From assembly GCA_965228475.1 (NCBI GenBank), contig OZ245817.1:1504001-1568000 (forward strand): a stretch of 64,000 nt of DNA. The letters run 5' to 3'. This document shows, piece by piece, positions 50,673 through 61,490 of the stretch (position 1 is its first letter; every line of letters starts with the position of its first letter). Position numbers and translations under genes: made by a program. The DNA is from Myxococcota bacterium (GTDB taxonomy: Bacteria > Myxococcota_A > UBA9160 > JAFDDA01). Below the pieces are notes generated by a model. It was not told the origin of the DNA, did no database searches, and saw nothing but the letters and a program-made list of their open reading frames with translations.

Positions 50673-52094
50673 CTACTCCCCCGCTTCGGCCGGCTCGTTT
50701 CCGCGCAGCAGTCCCCGGATCTTGCGGCCGGTGTTCCGGAACGCATCCGCGACCGCACCGAGGCTCCGCCCGGGGATCCGGCTGGGGTGGGTCTCGAGTT
50801 CGGGGTGGGGCAGGGCGCCGCCGATCGTGACGGGCACGGCCGGCCAGCCGGCCAGGTGGAGCTCGCCTTCGAGTTCGAGGGAGCGGTCGAGGCCGACGCT
50901 CCCCGCCGCCCGGAGCTCGTAGTCGCCCGTGACGAGGGTCGCCGCCTCGCTGCGGACGCGGCCGTCCCGCAGCGTCACCGGGGCTTCGAGGGATTCGACG
51001 GGAGTCGTGCGCGGTTGCTCGAGCCCCATGCCGAAGGCGTCGGAGAGCTTCGCGCTGAGCGACGTCGTCGGGAGCGTTCCCCCGGTGATCGTGAGGTGCC
51101 CGTCGCCGTGGCCGCGTTCGAAGCGCGGCCCGCCGTCCCAGGGGATGCGGAGCTGCCAGGCCGTCCGGAGGCGGCCGAGGTCGGCCAGCGCGTCGTCGGG
51201 GCGCGACGTGCCGAACAGCCGCGCGACGCTCACGTCCGTGATCCGGGTCTCGAAGTCGAGCCGCGTGCCGCCGCGCAGGTGGACCACGCCGTCGGCCTGC
51301 CAGCGGCCGTCGAAGCTCACGACGTCGAGCGGATCGACCTCGACGCGACCGTGGTCGTAGCGGAAGCGGGCGCGCACGTCGCGGCCGCTCCACCAGCCGA
51401 CGTAGGCCTCCTCGGCGCGGACCCGCCCGTCCTCGAAGGAGAAGCGATCCGCGTGCCGGACCAGCCGACCGCGCAGCTGGAGCGGGCGGACGGACCAGCC
51501 GTGATCCGCGCCGCCGACCCGGCCGGCGAGCACGAGCGGGGCGCCGAGGGTTTCGTCGTCGCCCTCGTGGAAGCGGGCCAGCGAGAGCGACTGGAGCCCG
51601 ATCACCGCCGAGACGTTCTCGCCCTGGACGATGCGCAGCTCGCCGCGCTGGGCTTCGACGCGAGGAAAGGCCCGCCAGTCGAAGGGTGCGCCCGATTCAC
51701 GCGGCGCCACGATCGGCTCGAAGCCGCCGTCCTCCCGGCGGTACAGCGTGACCGCGAGGTCTTCGAACCGGACGGAGCGCGCGACGACCTTTCCGCGCAG
51801 GAGCGGCCGCGTGCGGACGTCGACCTCCGCGGCGCCCGCCGTTCCGAGCCCGGCGAGTACGACCCCTTCCATGCGCACGCGGGGAAGGGGCGTGAGGGAG
51901 AGCGCGACCGAGTCGATCGAGATGTCGCGGCCGAGCCCGCGGGAGAGGTGCGCCGCGAAGGGCTCAGGGGCAAGGGAGTGCTGCAGCACCAGGGCCGCCG
52001 TCCCCGCCGCCGCGACGAAGATCATCGCCGCGCCCGAGAGGATCAGGGCGACGGGTCGAGCCCAGCGGCTGCGTTGGGGTGCGGGGGGGCGCAT
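50673..52094 (-). CDS. AsmA family protein
   Basis: N-terminal TM, LSRGLGRDISI, AsmA-like C-terminal strands. Confidence 0.7.
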   Translation of the reverse strand: MRPPAPQRSRWARPVALILSGAAMIFVAAAGTAALVLQHSLAPEPFAAHLSRGLGRDISIDSVALSLTPLPRVRMEGVVLAGLGTAGAAEVDVRTRPLLRGKVVARSVRFEDLAVTLYRREDGGFEPIVAPRESGAPFDWRAFPRVEAQRGELRIVQGENVSAVIGLQSLSLARFHEGDDETLGAPLVLAGRVGGADHGWSVRPLQLRGRLVRHADRFSFEDGRVRAEEAYVGWWSGRDVRARFRYDHGRVEVDPLDVVSFDGRWQADGVVHLRGGTRLDFETRITDVSVARLFGTSRPDDALADLGRLRTAWQLRIPWDGGPRFERGHGDGHLTITGGTLPTTSLSAKLSDAFGMGLEQPRTTPVESLEAPVTLRDGRVRSEAATLVTGDYELRAAGSVGLDRSLELEGELHLAGWPAVPVTIGGALPHPELETHPSRIPGRSLGAVADAFRNTGRKIRGLLRGNEPAEAGE

Positions 52095-52255
52095 CCAAGC
52101 AGCATCGGCGGGCGCAGGCCTGCGCTGGAGGGGCGAGAGCTCTGGCCCGGCGGCGAGCCCGCCGGCGAAGCAGGGGACGGGCAAGACGCGCGCAGGCGCG
52201 CGGCAACGCCCTGTGCGGGAGTCCGCGCCGAACCCGGCCGCCGAGCCGCGGGCGG

Positions 52256-53401
52256 CTACTTGATGGCCTGGGCCTCGCGGAGCTTGCCGAGGTCTTCGCT
52301 CGAGAAGCCCCAGTCGGCGAGTGCCTCGTCCGTGTGGGCGCCCGTGTGGGGCGCGCCGCGTTCGATGGCGCCGTCGGTTCGGCTGAAGCGCGGTGCGGGC
52401 GCGGGTTGGGCGATGCCGTCGACCTCGACGAAGACGTCCCGGGCCCGGTTGGCCGGGTGGGCGACGGCCTCCTCGGGCGAGAGGACGGGCGCGAAGCATA
52501 CGTCGCTGCCCTCCATGAGCTCGCACCACTCGGCGCGCGTCTTCGTCTTGAAGATCTCGCCCAGGCGGACCTTGAGGGCCTCCCACTGGGAGCGATCCAT
52601 CTGGTGCGGGAGCTCTTCGCCGGCGAGGCCGGTCTTCTCGAGCAGCTCGGCGTAGAACTGGGGCTCGATCGAGCCGATCGAGACGTACTCACCGTCGCTC
52701 GTTTCGTAGACCTCGTAGAAGTGCGCGCCGGTGTCGAGCATGTTGGTGCCGCGCTCGGGATTCCACACGCCCATGTTCTTGAACATGTAGAACATGGTCG
52801 TCAGCGAGGCGGCGCCGTCGACCATCGCGGCATCGACGACCTGGCCCTTGCCCGAGGTCTGGCGCTCGAGCAGCGCACACACGACGCCGAAGGCCAGGTA
52901 CATGCCGCCGCCGCCGAAGTCGCCGACCAGGTTCAGCGGCGGCAGGGGCGGCTCGCCCTTGCGGCCGATCATACCGAGGGCGCCCGACTGGGCGATGTAG
53001 TTGATGTCGTGGCCGGCGGCGTGGGCGAGGGGGCCGTCCTGGCCCCAGCCGGTCATGCGCCCGTAGACGAGCCGCGGGTTGCGGGCGAGGCACTCTTCCG
53101 GGCCGAGGCCGAGGCGCTCCATCACGCCCGGCCGGAAGCCCTCGGTCAGCACGTCGGCCTTCTCGACGAGCTTCAGCACCGCCTCGACGCCGTCCGGATG
53201 CTTCAGGTTGATGCCCACGCTGCGGCGCCCGCGCGCGAGCAGGTCCGAGTTGGCACCGGTCGGGATCTCGTCCTTGACGCGGTCCGCGCGGTCGATGCGC
53301 AGCACCTCGGCGCCCATGTCGGCGAGCATCATGCAGCCGAACGGGCCGGGCCCGATGCCTGCGATTTCGAGTACGCGGATGCCGGTGAGCGGTCCTGCCA
53401 A
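52256..53401 (-). CDS. CaiB/BaiF CoA-transferase, alpha-methylacyl-CoA racemase-like
   Basis: GIGPGPF, EGFRPGVMERLG, GHDINY, NLVGDFGGG. Confidence 0.92.
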   Translation of the reverse strand: MAGPLTGIRVLEIAGIGPGPFGCMMLADMGAEVLRIDRADRVKDEIPTGANSDLLARGRRSVGINLKHPDGVEAVLKLVEKADVLTEGFRPGVMERLGLGPEECLARNPRLVYGRMTGWGQDGPLAHAAGHDINYIAQSGALGMIGRKGEPPLPPLNLVGDFGGGGMYLAFGVVCALLERQTSGKGQVVDAAMVDGAASLTTMFYMFKNMGVWNPERGTNMLDTGAHFYEVYETSDGEYVSIGSIEPQFYAELLEKTGLAGEELPHQMDRSQWEALKVRLGEIFKTKTRAEWCELMEGSDVCFAPVLSPEEAVAHPANRARDVFVEVDGIAQPAPAPRFSRTDGAIERGAPHTGAHTDEALADWGFSSEDLGKLREAQAIK

Positions 53402-53487
53402 CGAAAGCTCCTGGTCTTGGATGGTCAGGCCACCCTGACACGATTCTGGGTAGGCGGGGCCAACCTTGTCTGACTTCTGACCTTCGG

Positions 53488-54633
53488 TCAGACCTTTTCG
53501 AGGATGTGGATCGCGCACGCCGAGCCCAGACCGATCACGTGGGTCATGCCGAGCCGTGCGCCTTCGACCTGGCGCTTGCCGGCTTCGCCACGCAGATGGG
53601 TCGAGACCTCGAAGATGTTCGCGATGCCCGTGGCGCCGAGCGGGTGCCCCTTCGAGAGCAGGCCGCCCGAGACGTTCACCGGCACCTTGCCGCCGAGGGC
53701 CGTCGCGCCCTCGTCGATCATCTTGCCCGCCTCGCCGTCCGCGCACAGGCCGAGGTTCTCGTAGTGGAGGATCTCGGCGGTCGCGAAGCAGTCGTGCAGC
53801 TCGACGAGGTCGATGTCGTCGGGGCCGCAGCCCGCCATCTCGTAGGCCGTCCTCGCCGCCATGCGCGTGCAGGTGTTGACGTCGGGCATGACGAGGTCGC
53901 GCTCCTGCCACGGGTCGCTCGCGAGGGCGCTCGCCTTCACGCGCACGGCGCGCTCCATCAGGCCGAGCTCCTTCGCCTTCTTCTCCGAGCAGAGCACCGC
54001 GGCGGCCGAGCCGTCGACGTTCACCGAGCACATGAGCTTCGTGTTCGGGTAGGCGATCATCTCGGCGCCCATCACCATCTCGAGGGGCGTCTCCTTCTGG
54101 TACATGGCCTTCGGGTTCAGCGTCGAGTGGTGGTGGTTCTTCACCGAGACCTTGGCGAACTGCTCGAAGGAGGTGCCGTACTTGCGCGCGTGCTCCTGGC
54201 CCGCCTCGGCGAACACCGCCGGCATCAGGCCCGAGCCGAGCAGCCCTTCCTTCGGGATGCCCTTGCCGCCGCCGCCTCCGCCGAGGAGGCCCTTGCCCAT
54301 CTGCTCGACACCGACCGCCATCACGACGTCGTAGACGCCGGCCTTCACCGACATCCAGGCGTCGCGGAAGGCCGTCGCACCCGTGGCGCAGGCGTTGGCG
54401 ACGTTCACCACCGGGATGCCCGTCTGGCCGATCTCCTGGAGGATGCGCTGCCCCACCATGGCGCCGGCCTGGTAGAGGTTCCCGCACCAGAGCGCCTGCA
54501 TGTCCTGGATCTTCAGGCCCGCGTCGTCGAGGGCGCCGAGGGCCGCCTCCGCCGCGATGTCCGGAACGGTGCGCTCGGGGAAGCGCCCGAACTTGATCAT
54601 GTCGATGCCGACCACGTAGACGTCTTCAGACAC
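53488..54633 (-). CDS. SCP-x type thiolase
   Basis: NACATG, ELHDCF, GHPLGATG. Confidence 0.92.
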   Translation of the reverse strand: MSEDVYVVGIDMIKFGRFPERTVPDIAAEAALGALDDAGLKIQDMQALWCGNLYQAGAMVGQRILQEIGQTGIPVVNVANACATGATAFRDAWMSVKAGVYDVVMAVGVEQMGKGLLGGGGGGKGIPKEGLLGSGLMPAVFAEAGQEHARKYGTSFEQFAKVSVKNHHHSTLNPKAMYQKETPLEMVMGAEMIAYPNTKLMCSVNVDGSAAAVLCSEKKAKELGLMERAVRVKASALASDPWQERDLVMPDVNTCTRMAARTAYEMAGCGPDDIDLVELHDCFATAEILHYENLGLCADGEAGKMIDEGATALGGKVPVNVSGGLLSKGHPLGATGIANIFEVSTHLRGEAGKRQVEGARLGMTHVIGLGSACAIHILEKV

Positions 54634-54647
54634 GGTGCGATCCTCCG

Positions 54648-55070
54648 CTAGCCCTGCGCGGGCTCGAAGAAGTAGGAAACGTAGGCGTTGCCCTCTTTGT
54701 CCTTGCGGCCGAGGGCGTCCTTGTAGACCACCTTCACGGGCATGCCGAACTGGATCTTCTCCGGGTCCGGGTCGATGCCGATCAGGTTCCCCTTCACGGT
54801 GCCGCCGCCGTCGAGGTCGACGATCGCCGAGACGTAGGGCACCTCGATGCCGGGAAAGGAGCGGTGCACGATCGAGAAGACGTGCAGCGTGCCCGTGTCG
54901 GAGAGCTTCGTCGCCGTGAACTTCCCGCGGGCGCCGCACTTGCTGCAGACCTTGCGCTCGCCGAGGAAGATCGACCCGCACTCGCCGCACTTCTGCCCTT
55001 CCAGGAAGGGGGCGCCGTCGTCCGGGAGTTTCAGGTAGGAGACCGCGGGGAGCGGCTTCGCTTCGGCCAT
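54648..55070 (-). CDS. DUF35 zinc-ribbon/OB-fold protein
   Basis: CGECG...CSKCG + OB fold, upstream of thiolase. Confidence 0.9.
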   Translation of the reverse strand: MAEAKPLPAVSYLKLPDDGAPFLEGQKCGECGSIFLGERKVCSKCGARGKFTATKLSDTGTLHVFSIVHRSFPGIEVPYVSAIVDLDGGGTVKGNLIGIDPDPEKIQFGMPVKVVYKDALGRKDKEGNAYVSYFFEPAQG

Positions 55071-55111
55071 GGGGGTCCTCGCTTAGATCGCTCGACCGAG
55101 GTCGAGGCCCG

Positions 55112-55165
55112 TTGATTCTGGAATCAATCTGCGGCCATGGTGCGCGGAACGGGCGAGGAGGTCAA
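55112..55165 (-). promoter_or_regulatory. Sigma-70-type promoter plus downstream palindromic operator
   Basis: Minus strand TTGACC-17-CACCAT, then TTGATTC-N2-GAATCAA dyad (55112-55127). Confidence 0.6.
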
Positions 55166-55170
55166 GCCAT

Positions 55171-56016
55171 TTAGGGCCGTGGGCCGAGTGCGGTGTCGTT
55201 CAGGCGCCAGTCGTAGGGGATGCGCTCGATCCGGAAGCCTGCCGCCTCGGCGCGCCGCAGGGCGGCGGCGCGTTCGGCGTCGCCGAGGTGGTCGGCGACG
55301 AAGGCGAGGAGCGTCGGGTCGGCGCCCCGATGGCGTTGCCAGCGTTCGTAGTCGCCGCGGTACCAGAGCAGGATCTCCGAGATCTCGACGACCCGGCGCT
55401 CCGCATCGATCCGCAGATTCCGCGTCCCGGCGAAGAACCGCGCCGTCTCCCGGGCGAGCTGCTCTTCGAGCCGGCCCGGCACGAAGGCTTCGGCGGGCAG
55501 GACCGGGCAGCCGAGGGACGCACAGTTCAGCGCGAAGTGGAGGCGCGCGTCGGGGAAGCGCGCGCGCACGATGCGGTTCTCGAGGGCGTAGAGGCTCGTC
55601 GGGTCGCCGCCGATCGGGTAGCGAAGGGCGAAGAAGAAGCCGGCGCCGTCCGGCAGCGGCCGGGTCCAGAGGGGCGCCACGTCCTGCACCGAGCCGAGCG
55701 GATGGTGCGCCAGGACGAAGTGGATCGTGATCGCGTTGTAGGCGTTGATCCAGTAGGCGAAGCGGTCGGCTTCGCTCGGGAACGCCCGGGGGTGGGAGTT
55801 GGGGCTGCGCTCGCGGATCGCGCGCAGGTAGGTATCGAACTCGGCGCGATCCTCGGCGAGGGCGGCGTAGTCGACGAGCCCCTCGGCGTCGACGAAGGCG
55901 CTCAGGACGCGGTCGAAGGCGTCGTGACGGAAGGGGGCGGCGGACTCCGGCGGCGGGATCGTCGCGCAGCCGCCGAGTGCGAGCGTGAGCGCCGCGAGGG
56001 CGGTGAGACGCCTCAT
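55171..56016 (-). CDS. DUF547 lipoprotein
   Basis: LGGC lipobox, AYWINAYN, RLHFALNCASLGCP. Confidence 0.88.
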   Translation of the reverse strand: MRRLTALAALTLALGGCATIPPPESAAPFRHDAFDRVLSAFVDAEGLVDYAALAEDRAEFDTYLRAIRERSPNSHPRAFPSEADRFAYWINAYNAITIHFVLAHHPLGSVQDVAPLWTRPLPDGAGFFFALRYPIGGDPTSLYALENRIVRARFPDARLHFALNCASLGCPVLPAEAFVPGRLEEQLARETARFFAGTRNLRIDAERRVVEISEILLWYRGDYERWQRHRGADPTLLAFVADHLGDAERAAALRRAEAAGFRIERIPYDWRLNDTALGPRP

Positions 56017-56768
56017 CGCTTGCGCAGGGCGTTCAGGGTCCAGTCGTAGTCGAGATAGACGAGGTCCATCTCGTCGGCGTACTCGCGCAGCCAGGGTCGG
56101 TCGGCCTCCGGCGCGTACTTCGTGATGAACGCGACGATCCCCTCAGCCTTGCCGAAGTCCTCGGAGAACCAGTTGAAGATCGAGGAGACGTACACGTCCT
56201 CGGAGTCCCGATCGATGCGAAGGCCCTTCTCCGGGCTCGCGAGGAACTCCCGGGACTGCTCGTCGAGCTGGCGATCGAGGGCGTCCGCGCGGAACGGTTC
56301 CCGGCGCAGCGAAGGGCAGGAGGTCGAGGCGCACACGATCGCCGCGTGGATGCGCGGCTCGTCCATCTTGCGCAGGATGGCGTGCTCGACCTCGTCGAGG
56401 CTGACGTCGCGCCCGGCCACGCGGCCGGCCTTCTTCTTCCAGACCGGGCGAAGCAGGTTCCCGAGGTCCCGGATGCTCTTCTTCGGGTTGCCCTGCACGA
56501 CGACGTCGATGGCGAGCGCGTTGTAGACGTTGATCCAGAAGGCGAGCCGCTCGTTGCGGGCTTCGGGCACCTCGGCGCGCGCGAGGCCTTCGATGAAGCT
56601 TCGCCACTCGGCCGAGCGGCGCAGGCCTTCGTAGTCGACGCGCGTGCCGGCCGGGTCGTCGACGGCCCGGGTGTGCTGCTCGAGGAGCCTGGCGTAGCGG
56701 TCGAGATCCAAGGAGGCCTCCGCGGGCGCGGCCGCGAGCAAGGCGAGGACGAGGAACAGGGTTTTCAT
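56013..56768 (-). CDS. DUF547 secreted protein
   Basis: AFWINVYN, RIHAAIVCASTSCP, YDWTLN. Confidence 0.88.
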   Translation of the reverse strand: MKTLFLVLALLAAAPAEASLDLDRYARLLEQHTRAVDDPAGTRVDYEGLRRSAEWRSFIEGLARAEVPEARNERLAFWINVYNALAIDVVVQGNPKKSIRDLGNLLRPVWKKKAGRVAGRDVSLDEVEHAILRKMDEPRIHAAIVCASTSCPSLRREPFRADALDRQLDEQSREFLASPEKGLRIDRDSEDVYVSSIFNWFSEDFGKAEGIVAFITKYAPEADRPWLREYADEMDLVYLDYDWTLNALRKR

Positions 56769-56820
56769 GCTGACATGGATGCCGCGGCGCGCTTCGGGGT
56801 TTCGGGGGCCGCCAGGCAAC

Positions 56821-57885
56821 CTAGCCGCGCAGCGCCTCGACGACCCGCAGGAAGTTCCCGCCCATGACCTTTCGCACCCGCTCGATCGACCAGCCCCGCC
56901 GCAGCATGTGGTCGACGAGCCGCGGGAGTTCGTAGGGCGTCACCAGATCCCGCGGCGGCGTGATCGCGCCGTCCCAGTCGCTGCCGAGCGCGGCGTGATC
57001 CTCGCCGACCGTTTCGACGATGTGCGCGATGTGGTCGACGACCCGCTCCGAGGTCACCTCGCCGCGTCCGAGGAAGCTCTGCTGGTACATGACGCCGATG
57101 GTGCCGCCGAGATCCGCGATGGCGCGCAGCTGCTCGTCGTCGAGGTTCCGCCAGTGGCGGTGGACGCCGCACACGCCGGTGTGGGTGACGAGCGCCGGCT
57201 GACTCGCGTCGTGGTGGGCGAGGGCGTCGAAGAACCCGGCCCGGTTGATGTGCGCCAGATCCAGGAAGATCTTGCGCTCGTTCAGCTTGCGGACGTATTC
57301 GCGGCCGAGGTTCGAGAGCCCCTCGTCCTTGCGCGAGCCCGCGGCCGGCGAGCTCGTCACGCCGAGGCTCGAGGTCGAGAGGTGGACGAGGGTGATGCGC
57401 AGGATCAGGCCGTCCGGGATGCGGTCGAGGTCCGCGAGATCCTGGTCGAGGGCGTTTCCGCCCTGGATGCCGAGGAAGGCGCCGTGCTTGCCGGCCGCGC
57501 GCGCGGCGCGGTACTCGGCGGTGTTGCGCACCACGGCGATGTCCGGAGCGCGCTCGAGGGTCCGCTTCAGCCGCTCGAGGTTCTTGAAGAAGGCGCCGGG
57601 CCGGCCGCCGCCGGGCCGGAACGGGTTCGTCGTGATGACCCAGGTGGCGCCGGTGACCTGGCCGTCGCGCATCCGGGGGATGTCGATCTGGCTGTAGAAG
57701 CGTCCGCCGAACAGGCCCGTGCCGTGCCGCCGGTGGAGGTCGTAGCCGAAGATCCGGTTCCAGATGAAGGTGTCGACGTGGCCGTCGAGGACGTCGCATT
57801 CCAGGTAGAGCTCGACGGCCTCCTTCGGGATGCCGAGGCGTCGCGCCCATTCGGCCGGGTCCGAGCGGTGATCTTCGAAGCGCAT
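56821..57885 (-). CDS. Membrane dipeptidase (M19) family
   Basis: DGHVD, DLAH, THTG, RNLDDEQ, LGSDWDG. Confidence 0.88.
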   Translation of the reverse strand: MRFEDHRSDPAEWARRLGIPKEAVELYLECDVLDGHVDTFIWNRIFGYDLHRRHGTGLFGGRFYSQIDIPRMRDGQVTGATWVITTNPFRPGGGRPGAFFKNLERLKRTLERAPDIAVVRNTAEYRAARAAGKHGAFLGIQGGNALDQDLADLDRIPDGLILRITLVHLSTSSLGVTSSPAAGSRKDEGLSNLGREYVRKLNERKIFLDLAHINRAGFFDALAHHDASQPALVTHTGVCGVHRHWRNLDDEQLRAIADLGGTIGVMYQQSFLGRGEVTSERVVDHIAHIVETVGEDHAALGSDWDGAITPPRDLVTPYELPRLVDHMLRRGWSIERVRKVMGGNFLRVVEALRG

Positions 57886-57941
57886 CGCGCGAGCCTGACG
57901 GAGGCGCCGGGGCCGGTCAAGCGCCCGCGGCCCGAGCCGCG

Positions 57942-58424
57942 CTAGTTGAGGGCGTTGATGACGGCCATGGCCTCGGCCTGGGTCAGGTGGCTCTTCTTGG
58001 CGAGGCCGGCCATGCCCGGCGCCTTCTTGCCGTTCGAGAAGACGGGCAGCTGCGGCGCGGGCTGGAAGAGTTCGAGATCCCGGTCGTCCCAGCCGGCGGC
58101 GGTGAGGACGATGCCCGCGGCATCCGTGCCGGTCGCGACGATGCGGCCTTCCTTCACGGCGAACCCCATCGGCAGGTCGGCGACCAGCCGCTCGCGGGCC
58201 ACGGCGTCCCGCACGCTGGCGACGCTCTCGGGCGTGCGGACGAGGAACACGAGCACCGGCGGGCGGGCATCCGGCAGGGACAGGCGGGGCAGGGTGATCT
58301 CGGCCGGAGCTTCGAGGGAGCCGACCAGCGCCGCCGGCTCCCGGCCGGTCCGGTGGACGGTCTCCGAGAAGATCACCATCGAGACCACGAGGCACCCGAT
58401 CGAGAGATAGAACCAGCGCAGCAC
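57942..58424 (-). CDS. Hypothetical protein with N-terminal TM
   Basis: 160-aa ORF co-oriented with neighbours, fills the gap. Confidence 0.6.
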   Translation of the reverse strand: MLRWFYLSIGCLVVSMVIFSETVHRTGREPAALVGSLEAPAEITLPRLSLPDARPPVLVFLVRTPESVASVRDAVARERLVADLPMGFAVKEGRIVATGTDAAGIVLTAAGWDDRDLELFQPAPQLPVFSNGKKAPGMAGLAKKSHLTQAEAMAVINALN

Positions 58425-58448
58425 GCCGGCCTTATCGGCCGCCCGGGC

Positions 58449-59558
58449 CTAGAACTCCACCACCGTTCGGATCGACTCCCCGGCGTGCATCATCTCGAAG
58501 CCCTCGTTGATCTGCTCGAGGGGCAGCTTGTGGGTGATCAAGGGGTCGATCTCGATCTTTCCCTCCATGAACCAGTCGACGATCTTCGGCACCTGGGTCC
58601 GGCTGCGCGCCCCGCCGAAGGCCGTTCCCTTCCAGACGCGGCCGGTCACGAGCTGGAACGGGCGGGTCGCGATCTCCTCCCCGGCGCCCGCGACGCCGAC
58701 GATCACGCTCTCGCCCCAGCCCCGGTGACAGCACTCGAGCGCCTGGCGCATGGTGTCGACCCGGCCGATGCACTCGAAGCTGTAGTCCGCGCCGCCGCCG
58801 GTGAGGTCGACGAGGTGGGCGACGAGGTCGCCGCCGACCTCCTTCGGGTTCACGAAGTGGGTCATGCCGAAGCGCTCGGCGAGAGCGCGCTTCGAAGGGT
58901 TCGTGTCGAGGCCGACGATCTTGTCCGCCCCGGCCATGCGCGCGCCCTGGATCACGTTCAGGCCGATCCCGCCGAGCCCGAAGACGACGACGTTCGCGCC
59001 CGGCTCCACCTTCGCCGTGTTGATGACGGCGCCGATCCCCGTCGTCACGCCGCAGCCGATGTAACAGATCTTGTCGAAGGGAGCGTCCTCGCGGACCTTC
59101 GCCACGGCGATCTCCGGCAGCACCGTGTGGCTCGCGAAGGTCGACGTCCCCATGTAGTGGTGCAGCACGTCCTTGCCGAGGGAGAAGCGGCTCGTGCCGT
59201 CGGGCATGAGGCCCTGCCCCTGGGTCGCGCGGATCGCGATGCAGAGGTTCGTCTTCCCCGAGAGGCACGCCTTGCACTGGCGGCATTCCGGGATGTAGAG
59301 CGGGATCACGTGGTCGCCCGGCGCAACCGATTGCACGCCGGCGCCGACCTCGACGACCACCCCCGCGCCCTCGTGGCCCATGATTGCGGGGAAGAGGCCC
59401 TCGGGGTCCTTGCCCGAGAGCGTGAAGGCGTCCGTGTGGCAGAGCCCGGTGGCCTTCACTTCGACGAGCACCTCGCCGGCCTTCGGCCCCTCGAGCTGCA
59501 CGGTTTCGATGGCGAGAGGCTTGCCGGCCTCCCAGGCGACGGCGGCGCGCACGTCCAC
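58449..59558 (-). CDS. frmA: S-(hydroxymethyl)glutathione dehydrogenase / class III ADH
   Basis: CHTDAFTLSG, GHEGAG, TRPFQLVTGRVWKGTAFGG. Confidence 0.95.
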   Translation of the reverse strand: MDVRAAVAWEAGKPLAIETVQLEGPKAGEVLVEVKATGLCHTDAFTLSGKDPEGLFPAIMGHEGAGVVVEVGAGVQSVAPGDHVIPLYIPECRQCKACLSGKTNLCIAIRATQGQGLMPDGTSRFSLGKDVLHHYMGTSTFASHTVLPEIAVAKVREDAPFDKICYIGCGVTTGIGAVINTAKVEPGANVVVFGLGGIGLNVIQGARMAGADKIVGLDTNPSKRALAERFGMTHFVNPKEVGGDLVAHLVDLTGGGADYSFECIGRVDTMRQALECCHRGWGESVIVGVAGAGEEIATRPFQLVTGRVWKGTAFGGARSRTQVPKIVDWFMEGKIEIDPLITHKLPLEQINEGFEMMHAGESIRTVVEF

Positions 59559-59623
59559 GGGTGTCCTCCTCGGGTGTGCGGCCGAGGGTAGCGTCCGGGG
59601 AAGGGCCCGCGCGGCCCGCGGGC

Positions 59624-60451
59624 TCAGAGGCCCCGGCGGAGGGCGCGCTCCGTGAAGCGCTCGTCGGGGACCGGCGTCGTGTAGTCGATCTTGCTGAAGT
59701 CGAGCGTGGTCGCGTGGCCGGTCTGGTGGTTCCGGGCCTCGAGCCGGTGCGGCGTCCAGACGCCGTCGACCTCGCGGACGTCGGAGACGAGCACGGTCTT
59801 GAGCTTCTTGCCCCGCTCGTCCCAGTACTCCGAGCGGCGCACGAGCCAGAGTTCTTCGTCCACCCAGGTGCGGACCCGGCCGTAGCCGAGCTCCCGGGCC
59901 ACGTCCTCGGAGACGGGGACGTGCTCCACCACGACGCACGGGTGGCCGTCCACCGGCTCCCGGGAAAGTGCCGTGTGGACGTAGTCTTCCGCGCCGAGCT
60001 TCGTTTCCTTCTTCAGGTCTTCGTAGCTGAAGTCGGTGCCGAGGAAGGCGCCGCCGCGGTCGGCCCCGGCGATGCGGCGCGACTTCCGGAGGGCCGGCAG
60101 GTAGAGCCACTGGTCGTCGTCGCGGCCGGCCTCGGGGTAGTCGTAGGTGAGGAGAGCGGTGTCCTTCACGTTCTTCGGCGCGGTGTAGACGAGGACGCTC
60201 CGCCGCTCGCCCGGGAAGTCCTTGCGGAAGCTCCGGGTCTCGCGCGTGCGGACGTTCCCCCGCTTGTCCGTGAGGGTCATGGTGAGCGTGCGCGTGACCC
60301 GGGCGCCGTCGTCGCGGGCGTTCACCCGGGCCACGACGGCGTCGCCCGTCGGCAGCTCGGCCGCCGCATCGAGGGCGTCGGCGCTCACGCCGCGCGCGGA
60401 GAGGCTCGGCACCGTCAGGCTCAACAGCAGCAGGAGCGAGGCTCGCTTCAC
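59624..60451 (-). CDS. Outer-membrane lipoprotein-sorting (LolA-like) protein
   Basis: Signal peptide; [26 protein letters not shown]. Confidence 0.82.
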   Translation of the reverse strand: MKRASLLLLLSLTVPSLSARGVSADALDAAAELPTGDAVVARVNARDDGARVTRTLTMTLTDKRGNVRTRETRSFRKDFPGERRSVLVYTAPKNVKDTALLTYDYPEAGRDDDQWLYLPALRKSRRIAGADRGGAFLGTDFSYEDLKKETKLGAEDYVHTALSREPVDGHPCVVVEHVPVSEDVARELGYGRVRTWVDEELWLVRRSEYWDERGKKLKTVLVSDVREVDGVWTPHRLEARNHQTGHATTLDFSKIDYTTPVPDERFTERALRRGL

Positions 60452-60545
60452 TTCAGAAAGTCTCCCTAAGTCCGCAGGATCCCATCGATTCTTGCCGGCT
60501 CGCGGAGGATGCCCCAAGATCCGATACGAAGCAGGGGGGATTCCG

Positions 60546-61490
60546 ATGGCGAGAGCCCGTTTTCCGCAATCCGAGCGGCCGCGCGAGCGAAAGCCGCCCT
60601 GGCTGCGCGTGCGGCTTTCCCCCTCGCCCGTCTTCGACGAGACGCGGGCCATCGTGAAGAGCCATGGCCTCCACACCGTGTGCGAGGAGGCCAACTGCCC
60701 GAACGTCCGCGAGTGCTGGGCGAAGCGCCACGCCACCATGATGATCCTGGGCGACGTCTGCACGCGCACCTGCTCCTTCTGCAACGTCGCCACGGGGCGG
60801 CCGCGCACCGTCGATGCCCGCGAGCCCGAGCGCCTGGCCGACGCCGTCGCCGAACTCGGCCTCCACCACGTCGTCGTCACCTCCGTCGACCGCGACGATC
60901 TCCCGGACGGCGGCGCAGGGCACTTCGCCCGCTGCATCGAGCAGATCCGCGAGAAGACGCCGAGCACGACCGTCGAGGTGCTGACGCCGGACTTCCTGCG
61001 CAAGGAGGGGGCCCTCGAAACCGTCGTCGCCGCGCGCCCCGACGTCTACAACCACAACATCGAGACCGTCCCGCGGCTCTACCACACCGTGCGGCCGGCG
61101 GCGGACTACCGCCATTCGATCCGCTTGCTCGAGCGCGTCCGCGAGCTCGACCCGGCGATCTTCACCAAGTCCGGCCTGATGGTCGGCCTCGGCGAGAAGC
61201 CCGACGAGGTCCTCGCCCTGATGGACGACCTGCGCGGTGCGGACGTCGACTTCCTCACGATCGGCCAATACCTGCAACCCACCCTCCGCCACATCGCCGT
61301 GGACCGATATGTGACGCCGGAGGAGTTCGCGGGATTCAAGCGCGCCGGCGAGGATCGGTGCTTCCTGCTCGTGGCGTCCTCGCCCCTGACGCGCTCCTCG
61401 CACCACGCCGGCGAGGACTTCGAGCGGCTGCGTGCGGCGCGGGAGGCCCGGCTCGCGAGGAGCGGAGGAGGGGCGCCCGCGAGCGCCTAG
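60546..61490 (+). CDS. lipA: Lipoyl synthase
   Basis: [23 protein letters not shown]. Confidence 0.96.
   Translation: MARARFPQSERPRERKPPWLRVRLSPSPVFDETRAIVKSHGLHTVCEEANCPNVRECWAKRHATMMILGDVCTRTCSFCNVATGRPRTVDAREPERLADAVAELGLHHVVVTSVDRDDLPDGGAGHFARCIEQIREKTPSTTVEVLTPDFLRKEGALETVVAARPDVYNHNIETVPRLYHTVRPAADYRHSIRLLERVRELDPAIFTKSGLMVGLGEKPDEVLALMDDLRGADVDFLTIGQYLQPTLRHIAVDRYVTPEEFAGFKRAGEDRCFLLVASSPLTRSSHHAGEDFERLRAAREARLARSGGGAPASA

Noticed and set aside
55112..55127. FNR box
   Set aside because: TTGAT-N6-ATCAA spacing, not N4; the same applies to the N10 dyad at 26740.
58449..59558. frmA as part of the NO island (GSNO reductase)
   Set aside because: It lies over 40 kb away, with no sigma-54 element seen and no linkage evidence.
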